From: Candidatus Micrarchaeota archaeon
GTDB lineage: Archaea; Micrarchaeota; Micrarchaeia; Anstonellales; Anstonellaceae
Length of the DNA stretch: 64,000 nt
Assembly: GCA_021813025.1 (NCBI GenBank)
Contig: JAKAME010000001.1
Span: 2,201-66,200 of the forward strand
Reading direction: 5' to 3'
A program made the translations under genes and the position numbers. Shown one piece after another: positions 19,731 to 28,617 of the stretch (the first letter of the stretch is position 1; each line of letters starts with the position of its first letter). Under the pieces are notes generated by a model that was not told where the DNA came from, did no database searches, and saw nothing but the letters and a program-made list of their open reading frames with translations.

Positions 19731-21113
19731 ATGGATGATTCGCCGGCCCCCCCTCTTTCCCCTCCCGCCAGATGGGGGGAATTCTTGGCGCGCGCGCAGG
19801 AATGCCACGAGGTGGTGGAGCGGATGAAAAGCCCGCTCATAGTCAACCACTACGACTGCGACGGCCTGACTTCGGGGGCAATAGTGTGCGCCTTTTTGGA
19901 AGAAAGAAAAATTCCTTATCGGATTAACACCATACGCAAGCTCGATGAAGCCGTGCTCAATGAAATCAGGCGCGAGCCGGAGCTTGTTTTCACTGATTTG
20001 GGCGGCGGAACTGACGGCGTGCAGGAATTGGAAGGAGAGGTGGTTATTTTCGACCACCATCCAATTGCCCCAAAAAATGCGCGCCTGCAGCTCAACCCGC
20101 ACATGTTCGGGATAGATGGTGGGGCGCAGATGTGCGGAGCCACCACCGCCTATTGGAGCCTGCGCGCCCTGCCTGAAGCGGCCATAGTGGGCGCGGTGGG
20201 GGACGTGCAGTCCCCCATGCAGGGGCCCAACCGCCTGCTGCTGCAGGAGCTGCAGGCGGCGGGAGTGGTGCAGGCACCAATCGACCTCAAGATGTACGGG
20301 CGCATCAGCAGGCCGCTGCCCCAGCTTCTGGCCTATGCGGACGACCCCTATTTGCCCGGCCTTAGCGGGCATGAGGAGAGATGCGCCCAGTTTCTGGAAA
20401 GCATTGCCAAAAGCTTTGGAAAAAAGGATGCTGGGTGGAAGACTTATGGCGAGCTGGATGCGGAGGAGCGCAAAAAGCTCATAGGCGCGCTGGCAGTGCA
20501 TCTGGCGGAAAGCGCAGGGGGCAGGGCGGCCGCCTCCCGCCTGGTTGGCGAAGTCTATCTTTTCCCAAGATTTGCAAACACGCCTGAATTGTATGAGGCG
20601 GGAGAATTCTCCACCCTCATGAACGCCTGCGGCAGGCATGAGCAGCCGCAGCTTGGGATAGACATCTGTTTGGGCAGGGCGGAGGCGCTGGAAAAAGGCG
20701 CTGCCCTGCTTGCCCTGCACCGCAGGCTCCTGCGCGAGGGCGTGGAATATGCTTATGCCAGCGTGCGCGACTGGGGGCCTTTCCTTTTCCTTGACGGCCG
20801 CGGAGTGATTGACGACGGCATAATCGGAGTGGTGGCAGGCATGCTTTATCCGGGCGGGAGGCAGAAGCCCATAGTGGCAATCGCGCTTGACAGGGAGGGG
20901 AAAATCAAGGTTTCCATGCGCGGCACCAAGAAACTTGTGTCACAAGGCCTTAACCTCGGCCTTGCCCTGCGCGAAGCCTGCATGCCGTTGGGCGGGGCGG
21001 GCGGGGGGCACGCCATAGCTGCCGGAGCGAGCGTGCCGCCCGACAGGCTGGACGAGTTTTTGAAGAGCTTTCCGAAAATTTTGCAAAAGCAGATGGTGAA
21101 AGCGGGTGAGTAG
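19731..21113 (+). CDS. RecJ-like DHH phosphoesterase (GAN/Cdc45-like) with DHHA1 domain
   Basis: HYDCDG, FTDLG, FDHH, GAVGD and GGGHAIAAG motifs. Confidence 0.88.
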   Translation: MDDSPAPPLSPPARWGEFLARAQECHEVVERMKSPLIVNHYDCDGLTSGAIVCAFLEERKIPYRINTIRKLDEAVLNEIRREPELVFTDLGGGTDGVQELEGEVVIFDHHPIAPKNARLQLNPHMFGIDGGAQMCGATTAYWSLRALPEAAIVGAVGDVQSPMQGPNRLLLQELQAAGVVQAPIDLKMYGRISRPLPQLLAYADDPYLPGLSGHEERCAQFLESIAKSFGKKDAGWKTYGELDAEERKKLIGALAVHLAESAGGRAAASRLVGEVYLFPRFANTPELYEAGEFSTLMNACGRHEQPQLGIDICLGRAEALEKGAALLALHRRLLREGVEYAYASVRDWGPFLFLDGRGVIDDGIIGVVAGMLYPGGRQKPIVAIALDREGKIKVSMRGTKKLVSQGLNLGLALREACMPLGGAGGGHAIAAGASVPPDRLDEFLKSFPKILQKQMVKAGE

Positions 21114-21120
21114 GCCCCGG

Positions 21121-22551
21121 TCAAACTTTTTGGCGCAGATAAAACATCAGCAGCAGGCCCGCCCCGAGCATCAGCAGCCCGCCGGCGGCAGGCGCAAGAG
21201 AGGATGGCTGGAAATAATCCGCCTGCGCCCCGCGCCAGGAATTTGAATTTGATAAAAGGACGCGGATAAGGCCCCGATAGGGGGAGGATTGGAGTGAAGC
21301 TGCATGCGCTCTTTCATCTGCCAATATTGCGGTTGCATTTTCCGCCACAGCGCCCGCTATTCCCGATGGCGCGCGCGTGAGAAGGGGGAAGGAGGCGTTC
21401 CATTTGTCGTTGAAATCATCGCTCCACTCAAGCGTGAGGTTTGACCGGCCAAGCGGGAATGGATAGAGCATCTGCTGCGAGTACTGGTAAGCGAAAGCGC
21501 GGCCTTGCGAATCAAGCTCGGATGGGGAGAGGAAAAGATGGCTGAAATTGGTTGAAATTGAAGGCGAGAAAGACATGGAATCATTTGGCTTGTTCGGCCA
21601 TTCGCTTGTGTCGTTCTCCTGCCTGCTTATGCTCCAAAAGCCGACTTCGTCTTTTAGCATGGAGTAATGCGCATAGCGGGTGGAGGAAATCGGAATGCCG
21701 TTCAGGGCAAGAACTGAGGAAAACGGCAGGCGGCTGGAAAGGTCTGCGCGCCAGAAGCCTGAGGAGAGGGAAAGCTGCTCTCTGTCTGCTGGGCGCAGCT
21801 TGAGGAAAAGAGGCTCGCCATGCTCCACCCCATAGGCGCGGGCGGAATGCACGGGCAGGGCGAAAGTCACGAGTGCTGAGGAGCGGGATGATTGGCAAGA
21901 CTCGATTGCGTTGCCTGCTGCATCGGCTGATTTGACCAGATAGTGCTCTTCCACTTCCTTCATGTACGGCACCTGCACCGTGCCTGAGAAGGAAATGGAG
22001 AATGGGGGCAGGATTGCTGATTTGTTTTGGCCTTCTGTTGTGCTAAGCGAGGCCCATGCCGAAGCCGGCAGAGGGTTTTGCAGCAGGGCGGGCGCATGGT
22101 CGTCAATAGGCTGCACCACAGATGCGCCCGGCAAAGACCATGTTAGCGTGCCTGACAGCGCAGGCTTGCCAAATTCGCTTAATGAAATTTTTGACTGGCC
22201 GCATGAGGAGTCAAGAGTGTAATAGGAAACAACGAATGGCGCATGCGATTCGCCCCATGTCCAGAAGAAAACTGGCGGATGGAGGCTGGAAACCCGCCCA
22301 TCCACTGACGGGCTGGCCGGGCTAAGCTCTATGAAAGCCCACTCGATTGGCTGTGAGGTGGTTGGCGCAACCGGATGCACCCAAGAGGGAGGAGAAGAGA
22401 GCGGGGAAGAAGCCGCCGAGCCTGCATTTGCCTGCCGCATCCAGACATGGTCTGGAAAATCTGTTGTTTGGGCGGAAAGGGGAGGAATGAAAAAAAGGAG
22501 AAAGAGGGGGAGAAAGGCAAAAAGCGCCCGACCGGCACATGGCCATCCCAT
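21121..22551 (-). CDS. hypothetical secreted protein with C-terminal membrane anchor
   Basis: N-terminal hydrophobic signal, Ser-rich body, C-terminal TM followed by basic tail. Confidence 0.6.
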   Translation of the reverse strand: MGWPCAGRALFAFLPLFLLFFIPPLSAQTTDFPDHVWMRQANAGSAASSPLSSPPSWVHPVAPTTSQPIEWAFIELSPASPSVDGRVSSLHPPVFFWTWGESHAPFVVSYYTLDSSCGQSKISLSEFGKPALSGTLTWSLPGASVVQPIDDHAPALLQNPLPASAWASLSTTEGQNKSAILPPFSISFSGTVQVPYMKEVEEHYLVKSADAAGNAIESCQSSRSSALVTFALPVHSARAYGVEHGEPLFLKLRPADREQLSLSSGFWRADLSSRLPFSSVLALNGIPISSTRYAHYSMLKDEVGFWSISRQENDTSEWPNKPNDSMSFSPSISTNFSHLFLSPSELDSQGRAFAYQYSQQMLYPFPLGRSNLTLEWSDDFNDKWNASFPLLTRAPSGIAGAVAENATAILADERAHAASLQSSPYRGLIRVLLSNSNSWRGAQADYFQPSSLAPAAGGLLMLGAGLLLMFYLRQKV

Positions 22552-22560
22552 CTTTTTCCC

Positions 22561-23076
22561 TTACACCACCAGTTCGTACGTGGAGAACAGCCTCTCGCAA
22601 TAGGCGCAGCGCAGGCGGCCCTTCTCTGCTGAGAACACGCTCGCCTCGCGCTCAAGGCGGCTGATGCAGGAGGGGTTGGGGCAGGCGGCGATGTCCTCAA
22701 GCTTTGAGGGCAGCTTGACGTCGACCTTCTGCACCACCTTGCCTGCGCGAATGACGTTGAGACGCGCGCGCGGGGCGATGAGGGCTATCTTGTTCGCCTC
22801 CACCGGCTTGATTTCCCTGCCCTCGATTTTGAGTATGTCCTTGCGGCCCATGTGACGTGACGGCACGTTGATGACAAGAGCCACGCGGTGGGCCAAATCT
22901 GGCTTGGCTGGAGAGGCGGGGCTGCGAGAGGATTTTTCATTGCCTGAAGCCTCGCTCTGGCGAGCCGCCTGATTTGACGGCACCAGCTTGAGGATTTCCA
23001 ATACATGTATTCCGGCGAAAGCCTCGATTCGGTCAATCACCGTGCCCTGCTCTATGCGTTCAACCAAGAGCGGCAT
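22561..23076 (-). CDS. pyrI: aspartate carbamoyltransferase regulatory subunit
   Basis: IEQGTVIDRI, NVPSRHMGRKDILKIE, CPNPSC...CAYCE zinc site; follows pyrB. Confidence 0.92.
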   Translation of the reverse strand: MPLLVERIEQGTVIDRIEAFAGIHVLEILKLVPSNQAARQSEASGNEKSSRSPASPAKPDLAHRVALVINVPSRHMGRKDILKIEGREIKPVEANKIALIAPRARLNVIRAGKVVQKVDVKLPSKLEDIAACPNPSCISRLEREASVFSAEKGRLRCAYCERLFSTYELVV

Positions 23077-23077
23077 G

Positions 23078-23980
23078 TCATCCCTCCTTGAGAGCGTGCT
23101 CCAGCACGGCCATTCTCACCGGCACCCCGTGGCTGGCCTGCTGGAAGTAGTGCGCGTGCGGCGAGGCGTCCACCTCTGCCGGTATTTCGTCTATTTTCGG
23201 CAAGGGATGCAGCAGAATCATGTCCTGCTTTGCATCCAGCAGGAGTTCGGGCATTATGCGGAATGAGGCCTGCATCTTGGCGGCCTGATAGGGGTCTGAG
23301 AAGCGCTCTTTCTGTATTCTGCACACATAGGCCACGTCAGCGCCGGCCAAATCAAGCTGCTCTGATGCCTCCACCTGCGCATCGAATTTCTCCTTCACTT
23401 CCTCCACAATCTGCGAATCCATCTCCAATCCTCGCGGGGCGATGAGCTTGACTTTGGCCCCGAACATGGCAAGGCCGTAGAGCAGGGAGCGCATGGCGCG
23501 CGCGTGTGATAAATCTCCTATGAGCGAGACGTTGAGGCCTTTTATTTTGCCTTTCGCCTTCTGGATTGTGTATAGGTCGATGAGCGTTTGGGTGGGGTGC
23601 TGGTTGCCCCCGTCGCCGGCGTTGATTACAGGGTGGCGGCACACCTCGGCAGCATAGCGTGCGGAGCCTTCCGCAGGGTGGCGGATTACGAGAAGGTCTG
23701 CATAGCCGTCCACGATTTTGAGGGTGTCGCTCAAGGACTCGCCCTTGGTGGAGGAGGAGGCGGCGTGGTAGTAGGGCACCACGCTCATCCCTAAGCGCTG
23801 TGCGGCCGTTTGGAAGGAAAGATGCGTTCTCGTGCTTGGCTCGAAGAAGAGTGTGGCCGCCACTTTGCCCGGGAACTTGTCGTAGGAGGTGAAAAGGTTT
23901 TTCTCCATTTTTTCTGAAACCGAAAGCAGCTTCTCGATAGTCGGCTTGTCCAAATCCCGGATTGAAATCAGGTCGGCCAT
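23078..23980 (-). CDS. pyrB: aspartate carbamoyltransferase catalytic subunit
   Basis: FFEPSTRT, KGESLSDT, NAGDGGNQHPTQ, RIQKER and HPLP motifs. Confidence 0.97.
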   Translation of the reverse strand: MADLISIRDLDKPTIEKLLSVSEKMEKNLFTSYDKFPGKVAATLFFEPSTRTHLSFQTAAQRLGMSVVPYYHAASSSTKGESLSDTLKIVDGYADLLVIRHPAEGSARYAAEVCRHPVINAGDGGNQHPTQTLIDLYTIQKAKGKIKGLNVSLIGDLSHARAMRSLLYGLAMFGAKVKLIAPRGLEMDSQIVEEVKEKFDAQVEASEQLDLAGADVAYVCRIQKERFSDPYQAAKMQASFRIMPELLLDAKQDMILLHPLPKIDEIPAEVDASPHAHYFQQASHGVPVRMAVLEHALKEG

Positions 23981-24027
23981 CCCAGCACCTAATTATTGGC
24001 GAGTTTGAGATTTAAAAAAGGGGGGGA

Positions 24028-24138
24028 GGGTCAGGAGGACAATCGACGGCCCTTGTTGGCCGTCGGTGCACCGGCGCGCTCGGGCGCGCCGGTTGACCAG
24101 GAACTGGGGAGGGGGGCTTGAGGCCCCCCTCCGCGGTT
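24028..24138. repeat. GC-rich structured intergenic element, copy 2 (multi-hairpin)
   Basis: Same anchors as 12325-12375, plus hairpins CGACGGCC/GGCCGTCG and CCGGCGCGC/GCGCGCCGG. Confidence 0.6.
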
Positions 24139-24252
24139 TGGGCCCGAAGGGATTTGAACTCTTGACCACCTGCTCTCCTCGAGAGCTCATCCGACAATCC
24201 GGACGAATCCACATATAAGACAGGCGCTCTAACCGGGCTGAGCTACGGGCCC
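24139..24252 (-). tRNA. tRNA-Ile(UAU) with 39-nt intron at 37/38 (intron 24175-24213)
   Basis: GGGCCCG/CGGGCCC acceptor, GCTC/GAGC D-stem, CCTGT-CT-TAT-A[intron]A-GCAGG, TTCAAAT T-loop with one stem mismatch; TTATAAA box about 25 nt upstream. Confidence 0.88.
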
Positions 24253-24346
24253 GATAAGATTAGGGAAAACGGCGTTTATAATCACTTGGCAAGATTCCCG
24301 TTCTTGTCCACTGAAGCGCTTTCTCTTTTCACAGGAAAGAAAATGA

Positions 24347-24386
24347 CCCAAGACAGGCACTATGAACCGGGCTGAGCTACGGATCC
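24347..24386 (-). repeat. degenerate copy of the tRNA 5' half (anticodon position reads TGG)
   Basis: 18-nt exact repeat 24365-24382 = 24231-24248, extending through CCTGTCT; no T-arm follows. Confidence 0.75.
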
Positions 24387-24410
24387 GGAATGAATGGCGA
24401 ATGGAACTTT

Positions 24411-24443
24411 GTGAACTACCACGTCCTGATGGGTGCGGCTTCC
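24411..24443 (-). mobile_element. IS200/IS605 right end / omega(re)RNA 3' hairpin of TnpB copy 1
   Basis: GGAAGCCGCACCCATCAGGACGTGGTAGTTCAC, near-identical to the end of TnpB copy 2. Confidence 0.7.
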
Positions 24444-25480
24444 GGCGTTCCATCCGAAGGATGCTCATCCGGCCGGTTCAGGGCCAGTCCACAGGTGGCC
24501 CCGCTTCCGTCCATATAGGGCAGAAGCCTCTTTCCAATGTTGATGGCACCATTAAGGTCGGCGTTGTATTGGCCGCAATTTGAGCAGACAAAACAGCCCT
24601 GGCTCTTTCGCTGGCCTTCCAGACCGCAGGCATGGCAGGTGCGGCTGGTCATTCTCTCGTCCACAGCCACAACTGGAATGCCCAATAGCCCTGCCTTGTA
24701 TTCAATCATCGACCGCAGCTTATAGAAAGGCATTGAGGAAACAATGCGGTTGAACCGCTTTCCCCTGCCTCTGGCCCCCTTTCGGATGCCACGCAAATTG
24801 CCCAAGGCAATGCAGGAATTGGAAGCCACGGCAGCATCCACAAGGTGGCGGCTGACGCAGTGGAGAATGTCGTTTACGCGAATTCTCTCCCGCGCTCCAA
24901 TCCTTTTCACTACCTTTAGCAACTTGCGCTCCTGCAGCCTCTTTCGCAGCCAGGCATGGTGCCTTCGTATTCCCCTGATTTCCCGGCCCAAGAACATGGG
25001 CTTCATCACTTGGCCTTCCCACAGCAGCACCGCAGTCGCGGGGGTCCGCTCGCCCATGTCAATGGCCAGAACAGAGGAAAAGTGAGTTTTGAGTTTGGTA
25101 GGGATTTCATAGACCAGATTGGCTATGAATTTCCCCTTTCTTTTGAACAATTTGCTTTCGCACAATTTGGCGTCGACAGGAATAGGCCGATGAGGCTTGA
25201 AGGGGACTTTGATGCCGCCCCGCTGGCCTGCTACTGGGATTCTCAAGAAGTAGAAACTCTTGCTTTTTTGCACATTAATAAGGTCATTTCTCAGACTGAG
25301 AGGATATTGGACGCCTTTCTTGATTTTCTTGTAGAAACGCAGGGCCTGCTGTTTGTGGGCAGAATAGAGAGGGGCATTCCCTCCTTGCAGAACGATTTGG
25401 AGGTTGGCATATTCCCTATCCAGAAGCTGCTGCTTGCGCTGGGTGAGCTTGATGAGGCCGCAGCGGATGGTCAGGCGCAT
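24416..25480 (-). CDS. tnpB: RNA-guided endonuclease TnpB (compact archaeal type, rearranged RuvC-II); no tnpA nearby
   Basis: VLAIDMGE (RuvC-I), IALGNL, VDERMTSRTCHAC..CSNC zinc finger, NADLNGAINI (RuvC-III); start MRLTIRC. Confidence 0.88.
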   Translation of the reverse strand: MRLTIRCGLIKLTQRKQQLLDREYANLQIVLQGGNAPLYSAHKQQALRFYKKIKKGVQYPLSLRNDLINVQKSKSFYFLRIPVAGQRGGIKVPFKPHRPIPVDAKLCESKLFKRKGKFIANLVYEIPTKLKTHFSSVLAIDMGERTPATAVLLWEGQVMKPMFLGREIRGIRRHHAWLRKRLQERKLLKVVKRIGARERIRVNDILHCVSRHLVDAAVASNSCIALGNLRGIRKGARGRGKRFNRIVSSMPFYKLRSMIEYKAGLLGIPVVAVDERMTSRTCHACGLEGQRKSQGCFVCSNCGQYNADLNGAINIGKRLLPYMDGSGATCGLALNRPDEHPSDGTPEAAPIRTW

Positions 25481-25627
25481 GAGAATTTGCCGGTTTGAAA
25501 CGCCTTTAAGATTTGGAGAGGGTGACTTTCCGCTCGTCGGAGAAGGGAGAGTCTTCATCAGGCGTCTGAAGGCGCCGATTTTCACGAGAGCGAGAGCATA
25601 TAAGATTGAACTGCCCATACCTCTTTC

Positions 25628-26281
25628 ATGTTCCACCGCCTCTTCTATCCCCGCCAGACCTGCATGCTCGCGGCCACGCACGAGGACAAGTCCAATGTAA
25701 CCGTTGTTGACTGGGCCACGCCTGTGTCTGTCAAGCCTCCCATGCTGGCAGTTGCCCTCAACCTCAAGAGCTACAGCCTCGAGCTGCTGCTGGCCTCGCG
25801 CTGCTTCACCCTCTCGGTGCTGCCCGAATCAATGGCAGACAAGGCGGCTGCGGTCGGCTCGGCCACGGGCAGGGTGATTGACAAGGTGGACGAATACCAG
25901 CTCAAGCTCAAGCCGGCCAAATCGGTGAAGGCGCCCCGCCTTGACGGCGCGATGGCATGGGTGGAATGCGAGCTTCAGGGCGTGTTCAGCTCCGGCGACC
26001 ACGCGCTTGTTGTGGCCGAGGTGATGGAGACTCATTTCCCTGACGAGGAGGCTGGCAAGACGCCGATGCTGTTCAACTGGGGCAACAAGAATTACTTTGG
26101 GATTAAGAGGGAGTGGAAGGAGGAGAAAGGGAAGGAGAGGGAGGAGAAGAACGGCAGGGAGAAAGACGAGAAAAAAGAAGATACTCGTCTCGTGGTTGTG
26201 AAAAAGGAAGAAAAGAAAGAGGAAAACAAAAAAGAAAAAGAGAGTTCGACCACGGAGAAAAAAGAGGAAAAGAAATCTTGA
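25628..26281 (+). CDS. flavin reductase family protein with Lys/Glu-rich tail
   Basis: WATPVSVKPPML, GSATGRVIDK, AWVECEL and GDHALVVAEV motifs. Confidence 0.85.
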   Translation: MFHRLFYPRQTCMLAATHEDKSNVTVVDWATPVSVKPPMLAVALNLKSYSLELLLASRCFTLSVLPESMADKAAAVGSATGRVIDKVDEYQLKLKPAKSVKAPRLDGAMAWVECELQGVFSSGDHALVVAEVMETHFPDEEAGKTPMLFNWGNKNYFGIKREWKEEKGKEREEKNGREKDEKKEDTRLVVVKKEEKKEENKKEKESSTTEKKEEKKS

Positions 26282-26293
26282 TGCTGGTTCTCT

Positions 26294-26620
26294 ATGTCCA
26301 AATTCAAATCCAGCCTCGACCCCCTGCCCGTCATCGCCAATCGGAGAATCGACACCCTTCTGGCATTTGCAAAATCCGAGGTGCGCGCCCACCCTGATTT
26401 GGCCAAGCGCTATGTGAAACTGGCGCGCGCGATTGCGATGCGCCACCGCGTGCCTCTTGGCAGGGGAAGAAAGCATTTGTTTTGCCAAGAGTGCAATCTT
26501 CCATGGGTGGTCGGCTATAATGTGAAGGTGAGGCTGGAGCCCAAAACTAGGCGGATGATTTATTCGTGCAAGTGCGGAAAGAGGACGGCATTTGTTTATT
26601 CGAAAAAGCGGGCAAAATGA
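26294..26620 (+). CDS. rnp4: RNase P protein Rpp21
   Basis: AKRYVKLARAIAMRHRV, FCQEC and zinc-ribbon C-terminus; upstream of rps19e. Confidence 0.9.
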   Translation: MSKFKSSLDPLPVIANRRIDTLLAFAKSEVRAHPDLAKRYVKLARAIAMRHRVPLGRGRKHLFCQECNLPWVVGYNVKVRLEPKTRRMIYSCKCGKRTAFVYSKKRAK

Positions 26621-26741
26621 CCCCGCCTGCCCCCGCTCACCCCGTCCCCATAGTCTTTTATACCCCAAATTCCCATTACTGACGTCTATTTCCCCAGGGA
26701 TTAGACCATCGCCCGCAAGGGCTCACATTCAGAGGTGGAAC

Positions 26742-27167
26742 ATGGTTACAGCCTACGATGCTAACCCTCACCAGCTAGTCCGCGCGACCGCGGCACGCTT
26801 GGAGAAAATCGAGGGACTGACGCCCCCCAAGTGGGTGGGCCTCGTGAAATCAGGAGCGCACAAGGAGCGCCTGCCGCAGGACGACAAGTTCTGGTACATG
26901 CGCTGCGCGTCTTTGCTATACCAGGCCTACTGCCACTCCCCAATCGGAGTCTCGAGCCTGCAGAGCCACTACGGCGGAAGACAAAAGCGCGGAGTGGCAC
27001 GCGAGCACTTCAGGCGCGCCGGCGGCAACATGATTCGAAAAGGGCTGCAGGCCATGGAAAAGGCCGGCCTGCTTGCCAAGAAGAAGGTTGGCAGATACAT
27101 CGCCCCCAAGGGGCAGCAGATGCTTGACGCAGTTGCAAAGGAACTGGCCAGCGTGAAGAAAGAGTGA
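26742..27167 (+). CDS. rps19e: 30S ribosomal protein S19e
   Basis: PPKWVGLVKSGAHKERLP, WYMRCAS, YGGR and IRKGLQAME motifs. Confidence 0.95.
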   Translation: MVTAYDANPHQLVRATAARLEKIEGLTPPKWVGLVKSGAHKERLPQDDKFWYMRCASLLYQAYCHSPIGVSSLQSHYGGRQKRGVAREHFRRAGGNMIRKGLQAMEKAGLLAKKKVGRYIAPKGQQMLDAVAKELASVKKE

Positions 27168-27173
27168 TGAGAA

Positions 27174-27509
27174 ATGCCGGACGAGCAGGACATCCAAGCC
27201 TTGCGCCAGAAAAAGATGGCAGAGGCATACCAGCAGGCGCAGGCACGGGCAGAGCAGGAGGAACAACTGCGCTCGGCCCTGAGCCAGATGCTGGAGCCAG
27301 CCGCCTATGAGAGGCTGATGCTGGTGAAGATGTCCAGCCCGCCCACATTTGCGAAAGTGGTGCAGGGCCTGAGCTACCTGCAGCAGGCGGGGCAGCTGAA
27401 AGGCCGCATCAATGACGCGCAGCTCAAGGGGCTGCTGGGAAAGATGGCGGGCTCCAAGCCCGAGCCGACCATCACAATCAGGAGAAAAGGCGGCGAGGAG
27501 AAAAAATAG
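27174..27509 (+). CDS. PDCD5/TFAR19 family DNA-binding protein
   Basis: LEPAAYERL and INDAQLKGLL..ITIRRK; conserved position after rps19e. Confidence 0.88.
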   Translation: MPDEQDIQALRQKKMAEAYQQAQARAEQEEQLRSALSQMLEPAAYERLMLVKMSSPPTFAKVVQGLSYLQQAGQLKGRINDAQLKGLLGKMAGSKPEPTITIRRKGGEEKK

Positions 27510-27521
27510 GAGGCGCATGCT

Positions 27522-27854
27522 ATGTACCACCCCGGAAAAGTGATTGAAGTCCTGCGGCCTGCCGACAAGGACGTCAAGGCGTCAGGCGCGGACACGCAGG
27601 CCACGGTGCGCATGTGGGACGACAACATACTCACGCTTCTGGTGGCTCCGAAGCTGGCGGCCGCCATCAAGGCAGGGCAGACGGTGCTTGTGGACTATAG
27701 GCCCATGCCGGACTTCCGCGCGGCCGTGCCAAGCCACACGGTGGTGAAAATACTGGAGGGCAAGAAGGCGGAGACCGTGTGGATGGCGTACCGCGACATG
27801 CACGATCGGCAGAAGCGTTCGGCCACGCCGCCCGCGCAGAATTACATAGGATAA
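27522..27854 (+). CDS. hypothetical protein inside the ribosomal cluster
   Basis: GGAGG RBS, native codon usage, beta-rich pattern; no recognised family. Confidence 0.7.
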   Translation: MYHPGKVIEVLRPADKDVKASGADTQATVRMWDDNILTLLVAPKLAAAIKAGQTVLVDYRPMPDFRAAVPSHTVVKILEGKKAETVWMAYRDMHDRQKRSATPPAQNYIG

Positions 27855-27874
27855 GGTTTACTGAGGTGGATGAA

Positions 27875-28033
27875 ATGGGTATCAAGACGCCGAAGAAGAA
27901 AGCGCGCCTCGCGCGTGCTATGAAGACCAGCCGGCGCGTCCCGGTGTTCGTGATTGCAAAAACCAACCGCCGGGTGCGCTACCCGACGAGGAGCCGCAAC
28001 TGGCGGCACAGCCGGCTGCAAATCAAGGACTAG
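27875..28033 (+). CDS. rpl39e: 50S ribosomal protein L39e
   Basis: KKARLARAMKTSRRVPVFVIAKT..RNWRHSRL. Confidence 0.92.
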   Translation: MGIKTPKKKARLARAMKTSRRVPVFVIAKTNRRVRYPTRSRNWRHSRLQIKD

Positions 28034-28042
28034 GTGATGCTG

Positions 28043-28606
28043 ATGGCAGAAGAAAACAAGGTTACTTCCAAGAAACTGGAGCGCATCTACACCGTGCCGT
28101 TCGGCAAGGCGTACGAGTATTTGCGCACGCGCCGCACACGGCGCGCCATGAAGCTGCTGCGCGCATTTTTGTCGCGCCACTTCAAGGTCAAGGACGAGGC
28201 GGTGCGCATTTCACAAGGCGTCAATGACGCCATGTGGCGCGACGGCATCCAAAAGCCCCCCCGCTCGCTCAAAATAAGGGGCGTGTTCGAGGACGGCAGG
28301 CTTACCGCATGGATGATTGGCGAGGAGGAGAAGGTCAAGAAGGCAATGGATGAGAAAAAGGCGGCAGAGGAGAAGATGAAGAAGGAGAGGGAAGCCAAAA
28401 AGCCGGCTGAAAAGAAAGAGGAGAAAAAAGAAAGCAAACCTGCCCCGGCCAAAACAGAGGAAAAGAAAGAAAACAAGCCCGAGGCGGCCAAGCCTGCTTC
28501 AGGCTCGCCCGCTCCTGTCTCAAAAACAGCCGAACCCAGAGCCGGCGACGTCAAGCCCATGCCCAAAACATCGGGCGGCCCGCTGCTTGGGCGCAAGCAA
28601 ATCTAA
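28043..28606 (+). CDS. rpl31e: 50S ribosomal protein L31e with long K/E/P-rich C-terminal extension
   Basis: ERIYTVP..RRAMKLLRAFLSRH..VNDAMWRDGIQKPP. Confidence 0.92.
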   Translation: MAEENKVTSKKLERIYTVPFGKAYEYLRTRRTRRAMKLLRAFLSRHFKVKDEAVRISQGVNDAMWRDGIQKPPRSLKIRGVFEDGRLTAWMIGEEEKVKKAMDEKKAAEEKMKKEREAKKPAEKKEEKKESKPAPAKTEEKKENKPEAAKPASGSPAPVSKTAEPRAGDVKPMPKTSGGPLLGRKQI

Positions 28607-28617
28607 GAGGAACAACC

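Noticed and set aside
24393..24407. AATGGCGAATGGAAC resembles the 3' end of the HDV ribozyme
   Set aside because: No upstream P2 partner, P1/P3 or UCCUC loop on that strand; treated as coincidence.
24253..25627. CRISPR array or Cas12f/Cas14 locus around the compact TnpB
   Set aside because: No regularly spaced repeats or cas1/2/4 seen here or elsewhere in the window; it has an IS-type TTCAC end.
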